This document shows, piece by piece, positions 8,704 through 18,100 of a DNA stretch of 20,000 bases. The DNA is from Mayamaea pseudoterrestris (Eukaryota): the NCBI GenBank assembly GCA_027923505.1, contig BROI01000028.1:362243-382242 (forward strand), read 5' to 3'. A program made the translations under genes and the position numbers. The notes under the pieces were generated by a model that made no database searches, was not told the origin of the DNA, and worked only from the letters and a program-made list of their open reading frames with translations. How positions within the stretch are numbered: position 1 is the stretch's first letter; every line of letters begins with the position of its first letter.

Positions 8704-11364
8704 CTAGGCTTGTGACAACGATCGGTTTGCCGTATCACCCTTCCAGAAAAGAATCGGAATGATCAGGGGTCGGAACGTGGCATGCGGCAAGAACTTGGTA
8801 AGAACGTCGGCGACGTTCTGCTTGCCGAAGATGTGCTCAAAGTACAGAACATTGCTTGCAATGGCCTCGCGAACTCGGTGGTAGGCGAGCGCATTGTGTC
8901 GCTTAGAAAGTGTGGAGTGCGGGATCGTTGACGACTTCTTGACACTTTCGTTGTCGCCGAACATCCAGGCTGGTCCACTCAAAGGAACTCCCAACATGCG
9001 TAGGGAGTATCGGAAATCCATAATCTGTTCCGTCGCGGTCTTGGCGACGACGAACTCGGATCCGTACGTTGCAGTCTCAACAGTATTCTGACGCTTGCAG
9101 AACCATTCGACGGGCGTCTGGTTCAGGAAATGCAGGACTCCCATTGCGGAACGTCCAGTAGTGTAATCATGGTACAGGTTCGCGTCCATAAAGGTAGTTA
9201 GTTGCACAGGCTTGCCCTTCGGGATCGGCATGTTCCACGGAAGCTCTTCGCTTGAGTTGCCGTAGACCGATTGCAACCAATCATACTTGGTAGGTTCCCC
9301 GTGATCGACGATCTTCGTCCGGAAACGAATCGCCGCATCAGGGTACTCAGCTAGGTAACCGCAGACTCGCTTGGCTCGGTCCAGGTGTCCGCGGCGCGGG
9401 GCGCAGCGGAATCGGCCAAGTGTCATTACGGCACAATGAATGTCAAGTCGACATAGGGTCACTGCCCACTGGAGGGCACCGATAAGAGACTGGTACTGTT
9501 GAATGCCACGGGCATCCAGCTCTTCGGTAAGGTCAAGTTCGGGGTGGTCCCCGTCGTCAAGCGGTGACTTGCGCTTGCGTGGCTTCTCGCCAAACATGGT
9601 CTCGTAGTTCTTGAGCATGCGACCGACGTAGGTCTTCGCGCTCATGCAGAGGGTTCCATCGGGATCACGATAGAAGTCGGCTCCAAGGTGATACTTGATG
9701 TCGCCGACGCCCTTCAACTTGTACTTGTACTTCTCCTTGAGGAGGTCCGTGAAGGCTTGTGGATCTTTCATGGCCATAGCCAGATCGTCGACGAACACGC
9801 CGACGTACTCGTAGTGAGTGCCACAGTCTTTCATCCAGACGTCAGGGTCCGCGTAACTGGGGTAGAATCCAATGTCGCGGAGTGTGTCGGCAAAGTGCTC
9901 ATGCCAACGCGCGCCAGAAGTGCGCAATCCGTATAGTGCCTTGTAGATGACCAAGGTATGGCCTTCCAATGGTCCAAACTCGGGACCGGCAACAATGTAG
10001 ACCTTTTCCTTGGTCTTGGCCTCGAGGTAGGCGTTACCGACATCGGCAGCCCAAAACTTGAGGTCGTTCAGTTCAGCTAACAGTGCTATGGTTCGGATGC
10101 TTCGCATAGATACAACGCCGGAGTAGGCGGAGTCCTTGGGCGGAGCGGTCAAATGTCCCCCGGCGACGAGTCGGGCCTTACGTCGTAGATCGTTCTTGCA
10201 GTCGAAAACAAGATGCGCGTTGATGCGCTTCCAGTCACTTTCCATGAAGGCACCGATGCCCTTGTCGATGAAAGTGTCGTACTCGTGTAGCTGCTCCATC
10301 TCAGTCTTGACGGCGTCAGCCCACAGGGTGTTTCCATTAGCAGCGTCGAGGCGGTTCGCTTCCTTCCAGGTATTAGGAACTTGAACGCCAAACTTGAAAC
10401 GCGCTTCTTGGACACGGTTCTTCTTTGCAGCCTTGCACATGCGGTTAAACATTTTAGTGCGTCCTGCCATGCGCCTCAAGCGCTTCCATCCATCCTTTTC
10501 CAGCATACCCTTGCGCTTGCCGTACTCGGCAACGGTCACAGGGTCGGACTTGATAATCAATGCGAGTGGCTCCCAGGTCTTCTCGCCATTTGCCCATTGG
10601 ATGAGCAAGTTGTAGGATGAGCCGCGATACGTAGCGTCGGCTTGTGTCAGTGGACCTTCATGTCCGTCAATGAAATCAAACTTGTAGTACTGGTCGTCGT
10701 TGTCATCGTCCCCCAGTCGTAAAGAATCTTGCCGCTCGCACAGGTCGGCTAGTTCGTTGTAGGTAATAAGCTCGTCGACGTCGCCGTCGCCGAGACTCAA
10801 TCGGAACTTGATGATCTTGTGGTTGGCTTCATCGCGATCGTTCAGTTGCTCGATAACCTTGTAACGTCGCGTGGAGCCGTCTTCCTCGTCAAGAAGGACA
10901 GTGCGTCCCATCAGTTCAGCCGGAGTAAAGGACGGCATGGGTCCGTCGGGATCCAAACCGGCTAACTCGGCAGCGCTTTCCAACGTGAATGCGTCTTCAT
11001 CCACGGTTCCCCCAGAATCAGGCGCTGGGGTCGGTGTAAGGTCGTGTTCAAACACCGGACCGACTAGGTCATACTCATCGTCAAACTCGTCGACAGTTTC
11101 GACTTGGACTCGTTCACGCGCGGGGCGCGCGTCGAAGACAGGTTCCGCGAACAGTGGTCGTTCGGACTCGGGTTCAGGAGCGCTTTCAGCTTCAGCGCGT
11201 AGGTTACGTCCTTCGGAGAAGGGACGAACGTTGGATCGGACGACAACCATTCCAGTCCGATCGGATCGAACTTGGTACGTGAGGATGTCACCCTTGTTCT
11301 CTGCAATGCCGACCCAGCGTCCTGCTGCTTCCTTGGTGTGAGGAAATGTCGGCGGCTCGTCAGC
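8704..11364 (-). CDS. pol: pol 3' part: integrase C-terminus, chromodomain-like module, reverse transcriptase, RNase H
   Basis: Frame is open from 11364 (ADEPPTFPHTKEAAGRWVGIAENKGDILTY). RT motifs KARLVAGG, ADVGNAYL, KALYGLRTSG, DPDVW, VFVDD. RNase H motifs FMDANL, ATYGSEF, FGDNESV, NVADVLTK. It continues the upstream ORF after a +1 frame break. Confidence 0.92.
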   Translation of the reverse strand, partial: ADEPPTFPHTKEAAGRWVGIAENKGDILTYQVRSDRTGMVVVRSNVRPFSEGRNLRAEAESAPEPESERPLFAEPVFDARPARERVQVETVDEFDDEYDLVGPVFEHDLTPTPAPDSGGTVDEDAFTLESAAELAGLDPDGPMPSFTPAELMGRTVLLDEEDGSTRRYKVIEQLNDRDEANHKIIKFRLSLGDGDVDELITYNELADLCERQDSLRLGDDDNDDQYYKFDFIDGHEGPLTQADATYRGSSYNLLIQWANGEKTWEPLALIIKSDPVTVAEYGKRKGMLEKDGWKRLRRMAGRTKMFNRMCKAAKKNRVQEARFKFGVQVPNTWKEANRLDAANGNTLWADAVKTEMEQLHEYDTFIDKGIGAFMESDWKRINAHLVFDCKNDLRRKARLVAGGHLTAPPKDSAYSGVVSMRSIRTIALLAELNDLKFWAADVGNAYLEAKTKEKVYIVAGPEFGPLEGHTLVIYKALYGLRTSGARWHEHFADTLRDIGFYPSYADPDVWMKDCGTHYEYVGVFVDDLAMAMKDPQAFTDLLKEKYKYKLKGVGDIKYHLGADFYRDPDGTLCMSAKTYVGRMLKNYETMFGEKPRKRKSPLDDGDHPELDLTEELDARGIQQYQSLIGALQWAVTLCRLDIHCAVMTLGRFRCAPRRGHLDRAKRVCGYLAEYPDAAIRFRTKIVDHGEPTKYDWLQSVYGNSSEELPWNMPIPKGKPVQLTTFMDANLYHDYTTGRSAMGVLHFLNQTPVEWFCKRQNTVETATYGSEFVVAKTATEQIMDFRYSLRMLGVPLSGPAWMFGDNESVKKSSTIPHSTLSKRHNALAYHRVREAIASNVLYFEHIFGKQNVADVLTKFLPHATFRPLIIPILFWKGDTANRSLSQA

Positions 11365-14300
11365 TCACTGGGACTCGTTCCCAGAACTTGAACTGCAGGA
11401 ACGGCGAAATGTCGGGTACTCGGTTGAAGGCGGCTTCAGTAGGGGTCTTCCAGTTGAGGGACTCGGTCGCCAGATTGTTGAATAAGGCGATTACGTACAG
11501 CGCGCATAGGAGCCAGGCTCCAGCGGGTGCGCCCGTACGGTTCATGATGTTCTGGACTGATGACTTGACTTCTTGGATGCGACGCTCGGCAGGGTTCTGG
11601 TTCTGGTATCCGGGCTCGCTCTGTTGGTCACGAATCGCGTAGAATCGCAACAAGGTTTCAACTTGCTTCCCGAGCTGCACTCGCGAGTTATCGCTAATGA
11701 GCAAGTCGGGAGCGCCAATGTCTCGAATGAAGTCTTCGAGCGCCATGGGCATGTCACTCTCGGTTCTCAGTGGGTATCCCCTCGTCAGCAGACTCTTCTT
11801 GCCGACGAACAGTTGCATCATCTTGCATCCGCCATGGCCGCGGATTCCGTCGTTAAAGGCGGCTTCCTTGGAAAACCAGGTATCTGTCGCCGTATCGTCA
11901 TGGAAACGAACCACATTGGCGGCAGGGAATCGCGACTTAAAGTGTTGGCGAAATGGGGTGTGTGCCGATGCACGGAAAAGCTGTGTCGTATTCTTAATGG
12001 TGCGCTTGACTCGTTCAAGTGGCGTGTAGCCAAGGTAGGGTCGAAGCGCTTGGTAGTCAGGTTCTTGTGGCATTATGCGTCGTGCATTGGCTTGGCGCGT
12101 CGTATCAGCCTGATTGCGATCGACATACTGCACCACACGTTCCACTGAGTTCATGTTGTTCCGGTAGGTGGCGTCGCCGAAGTCGTCCATGCGGGCGTCG
12201 ACGAAACCGTGGGCTTCTTCCAATTCGTCGAAGCGACGATTAAACTCAAGTTCTTCTTCGTTCCATTCATTATCCAACTCCGCCGGATCCCAAAGGGTGT
12301 CCGCAGAGAAAATGACCGTCGGATACATTTCCAACTCTGCGTCCGTCGGCGGACGCATATCCATACGAGGCAAGCCGTCACGGATCGCCAAGGGGATGGT
12401 CTTGCCACAACTGGTGACAATGGCTTGTGCTCCATTCTGGGAGCGAGCGACGTCGTCGATCAGATGGCCGAACGAACGAAGCTGCGATGGAGCATGAATG
12501 GATTCAGCACCGTCGTACAAAGCATACTGGTTGAACTGACCGATAATGGGTCCAGTCCGAGTCTCAATCAATGCGACGCCAGTTCCGACTTGGAGGTCGC
12601 GAACCGTGTGGTCGCTCAAACCTGTCACGTTACACGTGTGGTTGGTAGTACTCAAGATTCTCATATCGCTTCCAGCGAGTCCACCGTTCGCACCGCCGTC
12701 AATCAGCGATCCTTGGCGGGTCTCGTTGCTGCGAGCTCGATTCACAGTGTAGCGCACCGATACCATTGCGCGGTACCGACGGCCGTCGCTTCCCATAAAC
12801 TCTTGCTGGGTGTTATTCGCAGCTTGAGTGCGAGACGACGCGGCGTTCGCAAGGAAAGATCTAATCATGTCATCCGGTGCACCTTGAGTGGCTGTCGTCG
12901 GGGCGATCGAGACAGCGTCATTCTGATACAAGATTGTACCAGGCACCGATGCAGCCGCTTGTGACTGCTGGTTATTCGCGCGGTTGCCATTGTTCGCGCG
13001 TCTTGTGGTGGCGGGTCTTGGGACGGCTTCGCGTCGAGCCATGAGCTGAGCGTATTCGTCCTCGTTAAGTCGGCCGAGTCGTTCGTACGACATGTACGAC
13101 CAGGGGTTCTGCAACAACTGTTCAAAGTTCAGATAATCGCCAGGGAATCGTTCCCGATGCGCTTGCGTACCGGCTGCTGGTAGTGGCGCGGAAGAGCCTC
13201 GTCCTCCGGAACCGCGGCTCACTTGGGAACCGCGTCCACCGTCTCGTCCACCGCCGCGTCCGCCTTGGCCGCCGCGTCCTCCGCCGCGACCGGAACCGCG
13301 TCCATTACCACGTCCTTGCCCGGAAGTGTTCGCGTTGTTCGCTTGGCGGTCGGCGTTCTTCTTGCCCTTGTTCAACTTGGCGTTCTTGTTATCGATGCGC
13401 AAAGCCTGCTGCGACAACATGTCGAAAAGACAGTCATAGTCTTCCGTCACGACGGCATCTGGATCACCATTTGCACTGATGATGCGTCGTCGTTCAAATG
13501 TCAAGTGCTGGTCGAATGTCGTGCACGTGGGACCGAATTCTTCGTCGCCCTCCACTGCAGCTCGGAGCCAGTAGTACTTCTTCTTGTCATCCGTCACTCC
13601 AGGACGGAACTCTTCGAGATTCTTCATGAGCTGTTCGATGTAGTTTAGGAACTTGTAGTGTCCTTTCGTCCAGGTCGAATCTAGGCGAATCGTCGCAAGC
13701 TTGGCTTGCAGTTCGTTCGCTTGGATGGTAGCTAACTCGCCGGAACCAAACTTGGTCGCGAGTTCGCGATAGACGCTCTGAGCGTCAGACTTGTCGCCGT
13801 ACTTCATTAGGAGCGACTGGTATCCAGGGACTTCGAGACAATTGCGAAACGCAGTGTACATGAAGATTTGCTGATTCTCGAACTCTTCCTTCTCTTCTTC
13901 CGTGACTGGTACGTACTTGCTGTCGAGCACGTTAGAACAGCCATGGAGCTTGGCGATTGCCTTGGTAGACGCGCTCCAACTCAACCACGCGTGGGGATGT
14001 TGGAACGTTTTGTAGTCCTTGTAGTCTCGCTTCGTCTTGAGGTTCGAGAAACGACCCTTGGCATCTTCTTCCTTTTCGGCCTTCTCAGCCTTGATGGTCT
14101 CATTTTCGAGTTGCTTGGCAAGTAGCTCGGCTTGCTTCTTCTTGGACTCGAGGACGTAGTATCCTTCTTCACGCCTTCGACCGATTTCTTGTTCGGCGAG
14201 TTTCTCTTGGAATTGCTCGAGCTTGCCTAAATCAAGCAACGCCCACTTCCTGGTGTTCGGGGGTCCGTCGTGCATGTTAAACCATTCGCATGCATCGAGG

Positions 14301-14611
14301 ATAAGGTTCACGTAGACTGGTGCTAGTGTCGTTTCGTATCGTTCTGGGGCGGCGGCTGCTTGTTCCTCGGCCGGTTCCTCGGCCGGCTCGTCGCCGGGCT
14401 GCGCATCGTCGGGTTGCGCGCCTTCTTCTTGCTCAACGCCAGCTGGGATGGCGGCTCTGTCGACCCAGTAGGGGGCTTCAAGTTGCTCCTTGGTCAATCT
14501 CAACATCTGGGTAGTGGTGGTTACATTCCAAAACAAGAACGCTTCTTGGATGTCTCGTCCGAAAACGTTCGTGCAGAGAAGCTGCAAAGCTTCCGCAGTA
14601 ATCGCAACCAT
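11360..14611 (-). CDS. gag-pol: gag-protease-integrase core polyprotein (likely ATG at 14611)
   Basis: Helical Gag region, RGG-rich nucleocapsid-like tract, protease-like LIDGGANGGLAG, and integrase core DTATDTWF...ISDNS...QNPAERRIQE. Ends at TGA 11362-11360 shortly after FWERV. Confidence 0.9.
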   Translation of the reverse strand: MVAITAEALQLLCTNVFGRDIQEAFLFWNVTTTTQMLRLTKEQLEAPYWVDRAAIPAGVEQEEGAQPDDAQPGDEPAEEPAEEQAAAAPERYETTLAPVYVNLILDACEWFNMHDGPPNTRKWALLDLGKLEQFQEKLAEQEIGRRREEGYYVLESKKKQAELLAKQLENETIKAEKAEKEEDAKGRFSNLKTKRDYKDYKTFQHPHAWLSWSASTKAIAKLHGCSNVLDSKYVPVTEEEKEEFENQQIFMYTAFRNCLEVPGYQSLLMKYGDKSDAQSVYRELATKFGSGELATIQANELQAKLATIRLDSTWTKGHYKFLNYIEQLMKNLEEFRPGVTDDKKKYYWLRAAVEGDEEFGPTCTTFDQHLTFERRRIISANGDPDAVVTEDYDCLFDMLSQQALRIDNKNAKLNKGKKNADRQANNANTSGQGRGNGRGSGRGGGRGGQGGRGGGRDGGRGSQVSRGSGGRGSSAPLPAAGTQAHRERFPGDYLNFEQLLQNPWSYMSYERLGRLNEDEYAQLMARREAVPRPATTRRANNGNRANNQQSQAAASVPGTILYQNDAVSIAPTTATQGAPDDMIRSFLANAASSRTQAANNTQQEFMGSDGRRYRAMVSVRYTVNRARSNETRQGSLIDGGANGGLAGSDMRILSTTNHTCNVTGLSDHTVRDLQVGTGVALIETRTGPIIGQFNQYALYDGAESIHAPSQLRSFGHLIDDVARSQNGAQAIVTSCGKTIPLAIRDGLPRMDMRPPTDAELEMYPTVIFSADTLWDPAELDNEWNEEELEFNRRFDELEEAHGFVDARMDDFGDATYRNNMNSVERVVQYVDRNQADTTRQANARRIMPQEPDYQALRPYLGYTPLERVKRTIKNTTQLFRASAHTPFRQHFKSRFPAANVVRFHDDTATDTWFSKEAAFNDGIRGHGGCKMMQLFVGKKSLLTRGYPLRTESDMPMALEDFIRDIGAPDLLISDNSRVQLGKQVETLLRFYAIRDQQSEPGYQNQNPAERRIQEVKSSVQNIMNRTGAPAGAWLLCALYVIALFNNLATESLNWKTPTEAAFNRVPDISPFLQFKFWERVPVS

Positions 14612-14819
14612 GATAGTGAATACCTCGCTTTCCGCAAGTCCTTTCTCACACAACAACCGCTCTCAATGCGGTCGAGCCTTATACGATCCTGTTCTACGCG
14701 CTCGTGCCAAGTATTCGGATTGACGACGCCGCAAGGAATCTGCTCTTTCTCTCTCAATTTCTCGATTCTTTCACTCTCTCTCTTTCGCACAGCTCTCTCA
14801 GGTCAAGACAAGCTAGCAA

Positions 14820-14830
14820 GACTGTTAATC
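14820..14830 (-). other. Putative primer-binding site complementary to the tRNA-Asn(GUU) anticodon stem-loop
   Basis: Directly after the 5' LTR the minus strand reads GATTAACAGTC, not TGG. Its complement GACTGTTAATC equals GA-CUGUUAA-UC, matching tRNA positions ~30-40 with anticodon GUU. Confidence 0.65.
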
Positions 14831-15159
14831 TGACACGATAATATCAGACGAACCTTTATTCCAGCGACTACAATGGACTCGGAGCGATCAACCTCTTCGT
14901 CCAGCGTAAAGCAAACAAACAAACTCAATTGCTAGAATAGTGCATGTTACTCGCTACTCTACTCGTGCGCTTCTTTCTCGTTCTCACTGGGTTCACGGTC
15001 GAGGTTCACGCCTCGATCGTCAGCGATTTCACTCATGTATGTGAGGATTCGGTCACAAGTGTGACTCAACCCTGCACAGGATTAAATGCATACAAAACAC
15101 AGGTAGCTAACCGTCTTGTCATAAGACGCAGGTCAACTCAACTCAATAATATTGTGTCA
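14831..15159 (-). repeat. 5' LTR (329 bp)
   Basis: TGACAC...GTGTCA; 328/329 identical to 8364-8692; followed on the + strand by the TSD CAAAG. Confidence 0.97.
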
Positions 15160-18100
15160 CAAAGTGCCAACATCATTATTCCACGATGGTTGCCTGGCTG
15201 TGTCTCAGGGAGCAATGTTGTGACAACTTGTCACCAGTCTCAGCCCGCAGATGCCATGACATTCAAACGCCCCTACAGCAAGCCCTGTAGGTGCCCAAAA
15301 TACACCAGAATGGTGCCAACATCATTATTCAGGCTGCGCTACAAGATGGTATGCCTGGCTGGTGTCTCAGGGGATGGCAATGTATTTGGTGACAACTTGT
15401 CACCAGTCTCAGCCCGCAGATGCCGTGACATTCAAACGCCCCTACAGCAAGCCCTGTAGGTGCCCAAAATACACCAGAATGGTGCCAACATCATTATTCA
15501 GGCTGCGCTACAAGATGGTATGCCTGGCTAGTGTCTCAGGGGATGGAAATGTATATTGGTAACAACTTGTCACCAGTCTCAGCCCGCGGATGCCGTGACA
15601 TTCAAACGCCCCTACAGCAGGCCATGTAGGTACCCAAAATGACACCAGAATGGTGCCAACATCATTAGTCGGGCTGCGCGACAAGATGTTAAGCCTGGCT
15701 GGTGTCTCAGGGGATGGCAATGTATTTGGTGACAACTTGTCACCAGTCTCAGCCTGCAGATGCCGTGACATTCCAGCGCCCCTACAGCAGGCCTCCCTAT
15801 ATACACCAGATGGTTGCCAACATCATTATTCAGGCTGCGCTACAAGATGGTATGCTTGGCTGGTGTCTCTCAGGGGACGGCAATGTATATTGGTGACAAC
15901 TTGTCACCAGTCTCAGCCTGCAATGCCGTGACATTCAACCCCCCTACAGCAGGCCATGTATACACCCAAATGACACCAGAATGGTGCCAACATCATTTTT
16001 CAGGCTGCGCTACAAGCTGGTATGCCTGGCTGGTGTTGCAGGGGATGGCAATGTGATTGGTGACAACTTGTCACCAGTCTCAGCCTGCAGATGCCGTGAC
16101 ATTCAAACGCCCCTACAGCAAGCCATGTAGTACACCAAAATACACCAGAATGGTGCCAACATCATTATTCAGGCTGCGCTACAAGATGGTAGGCCTGGCT
16201 AGTGTCTCAGGGGACGGCAATGATATTGGTGACAACTTGTCACCAGTCTCAGCCTGCAGATGCCATGACATTCAAACGCCCCTACAGCAAGCCCTGTAGG
16301 TGCCCAAAATACACCAGAATGGTGCCAACATCATTGTTCAGGCTGCGCTACAAGATGGTATGCCTGGCTGGTGTCTCAGGGGATGGCAATGTATTTGGTG
16401 ACAACTTGTCACCAGTCTCAGCCTGCAGATGCCTTGACATTCAAACACCCCTACAGCAAGCCATGTATACACCCAAATCAAACCAGAATGGTGCCAACAT
16501 CATTTTTCAGGCTGCGCTACAAGATGGTATGCCTGGCTAGTGTGTCTCAGGGGACGGCAATGTATATTGGTGACAACTTGTCACCAGTCTCAGCCTGCAG
16601 ATGCCGTGACATTCAAATGCCCCTACAGCAGGCCATGTAGGTGCACCCAAAATGACACCAGAATGGTGCCAACATCATTATTCAGGCTGCGCTACAAGAT
16701 GGTATGCCTGGCTGGTGTCTCAGGGGATGGCAATGTTATTGGTGACAACTTGTCACCAGTCTCAGCCTGCAGATGCCATGACATTCAAATGCCCCTACAG
16801 CAAGCCATGTAGGTGCACCCAAAATGACACCAGAATAGTGCCAAGATCATTATTCAGGCTGCGCTACAAGATGGTATGCCTGGCTGGTGTCTCAGGGGAC
16901 CGCAATGTTTTTTGGTGACAACTTGTCACCAGTCTCAGCCCGCAGATGCCAAGACATTCAAACGCCCCTACAGCAAGCCCTGTAGTGCACCAAAATGACA
17001 CCAGAATGGTGCCAACATCATTATTCAAGCTGCGCTACAAGATGGTATGCCTGGCTGGTGTCTCAGGGGACGGCAATGTATATTGGTGACAACTTGTCAC
17101 CAGTCTCAGCCTGCAGATGCCGTGACATTCAAACGCCCCTACAGCAGGCCCTGTAGTACACCAAAATGACACCAGAATGGTGCCAACTACATTATTCAGG
17201 CTGCGCTACAAGATGGTAGGCTTGGATGGTGTCTCAGGGGATGGCAATGTATTTGGTGACAACTTGTCACCAGTCTCAGCCTGCAGATGCCGTGACATTC
17301 AAACGCCCCTACAGCAGGCCCTGTAGGTGCTTAAATTACACCAGAATGGTGCCAACATCATTTTTCAGGCTGCGCTACAAGTTGGTATGCCTAGCTGGTG
17401 TCTCCAGGGATGGCAATGTAATTGGTGACAACTTGTCACCAGTCTCAGCCTGCAGATGCCGTGACATTCAAACGCCCCTACAGCAAGCCCTGTAGGAGCC
17501 CAAATTACACCAGAATGGTGCCAACATCATTATTCAGGCTGCGCTACAAGATGGTATGCCTGGCTAGTGTCTCAGGGGACGGTAATGATATTGGTGACAA
17601 CTTGTCACCAGTCTCAGCCTGCAGATGCCGTGACATTCAAATGCCCCTACAGCAAGCCCTGTAGGTGCCCAAAATACACCAGAATGGTGCCAACATCATC
17701 ATTCAGCGTGCGCTACAAGATGGTATGCCTGGCTAGTGTCTCAGGGGATGGCAATGTGATTGGTGACAACTTGTCACCCGTCTCAGCCTGCGGATGCCGT
17801 GACATTCAGATGCCCCTACAGCAGGCCATGTATACACCCAAATGACACCAGAATGGTGCCAACATCATTATTCAGGCTGCGCTACAAGATGGTAGGCTTG
17901 GCTGGTGTCTCAGGGGATGGCAATGTATTTGGTGACAACTTGTCACCAGTCTCAGCCTGCAGATGCCGTGACATTCAAACGCCCCTACAGCAAGCCCTGT
18001 ATACACCCAAATGACACCAGAATGGTGCCAACATCATTAGTCAGGCTGCGCTACAAGATGGTATGCCTGGCTAGTGTCTCAGGGGACGGCAATGATATTG

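Larger units (their letters stand above)
8364..15159 (-). mobile_element. Full-length Ty1/copia LTR retrotransposon (CoDi-like, 6796 bp) inserted in the satellite
   Basis: Paired TG...CA LTRs and a 5-bp TSD CAAAG (8359-8363 and 15160-15164). Domain order gag-PR-IN-RT-RNaseH is diagnostic of copia. PPT lies next to the 3' LTR. Confidence 0.97.

Noticed and set aside
8477..8707. Signal-peptide-like ORF MLLATLLVRFFLVLTG (also at 14944), possible env-like gene
   Set aside because: Lies within the LTR, antisense to the element. It is short, and the second copy simply reads on into the satellite.
12209..12964. 251-aa plus-strand ORF and other antisense ORFs within the retrotransposon
   Set aside because: Shadow frames opposite a GC-rich coding strand, with no recognisable motifs.
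14742..14800. CT/GA-rich tract in the element's 5' leader as a separate microsatellite
   Set aside because: Imperfect, short low-complexity leader sequence; treated as part of the retrotransposon.
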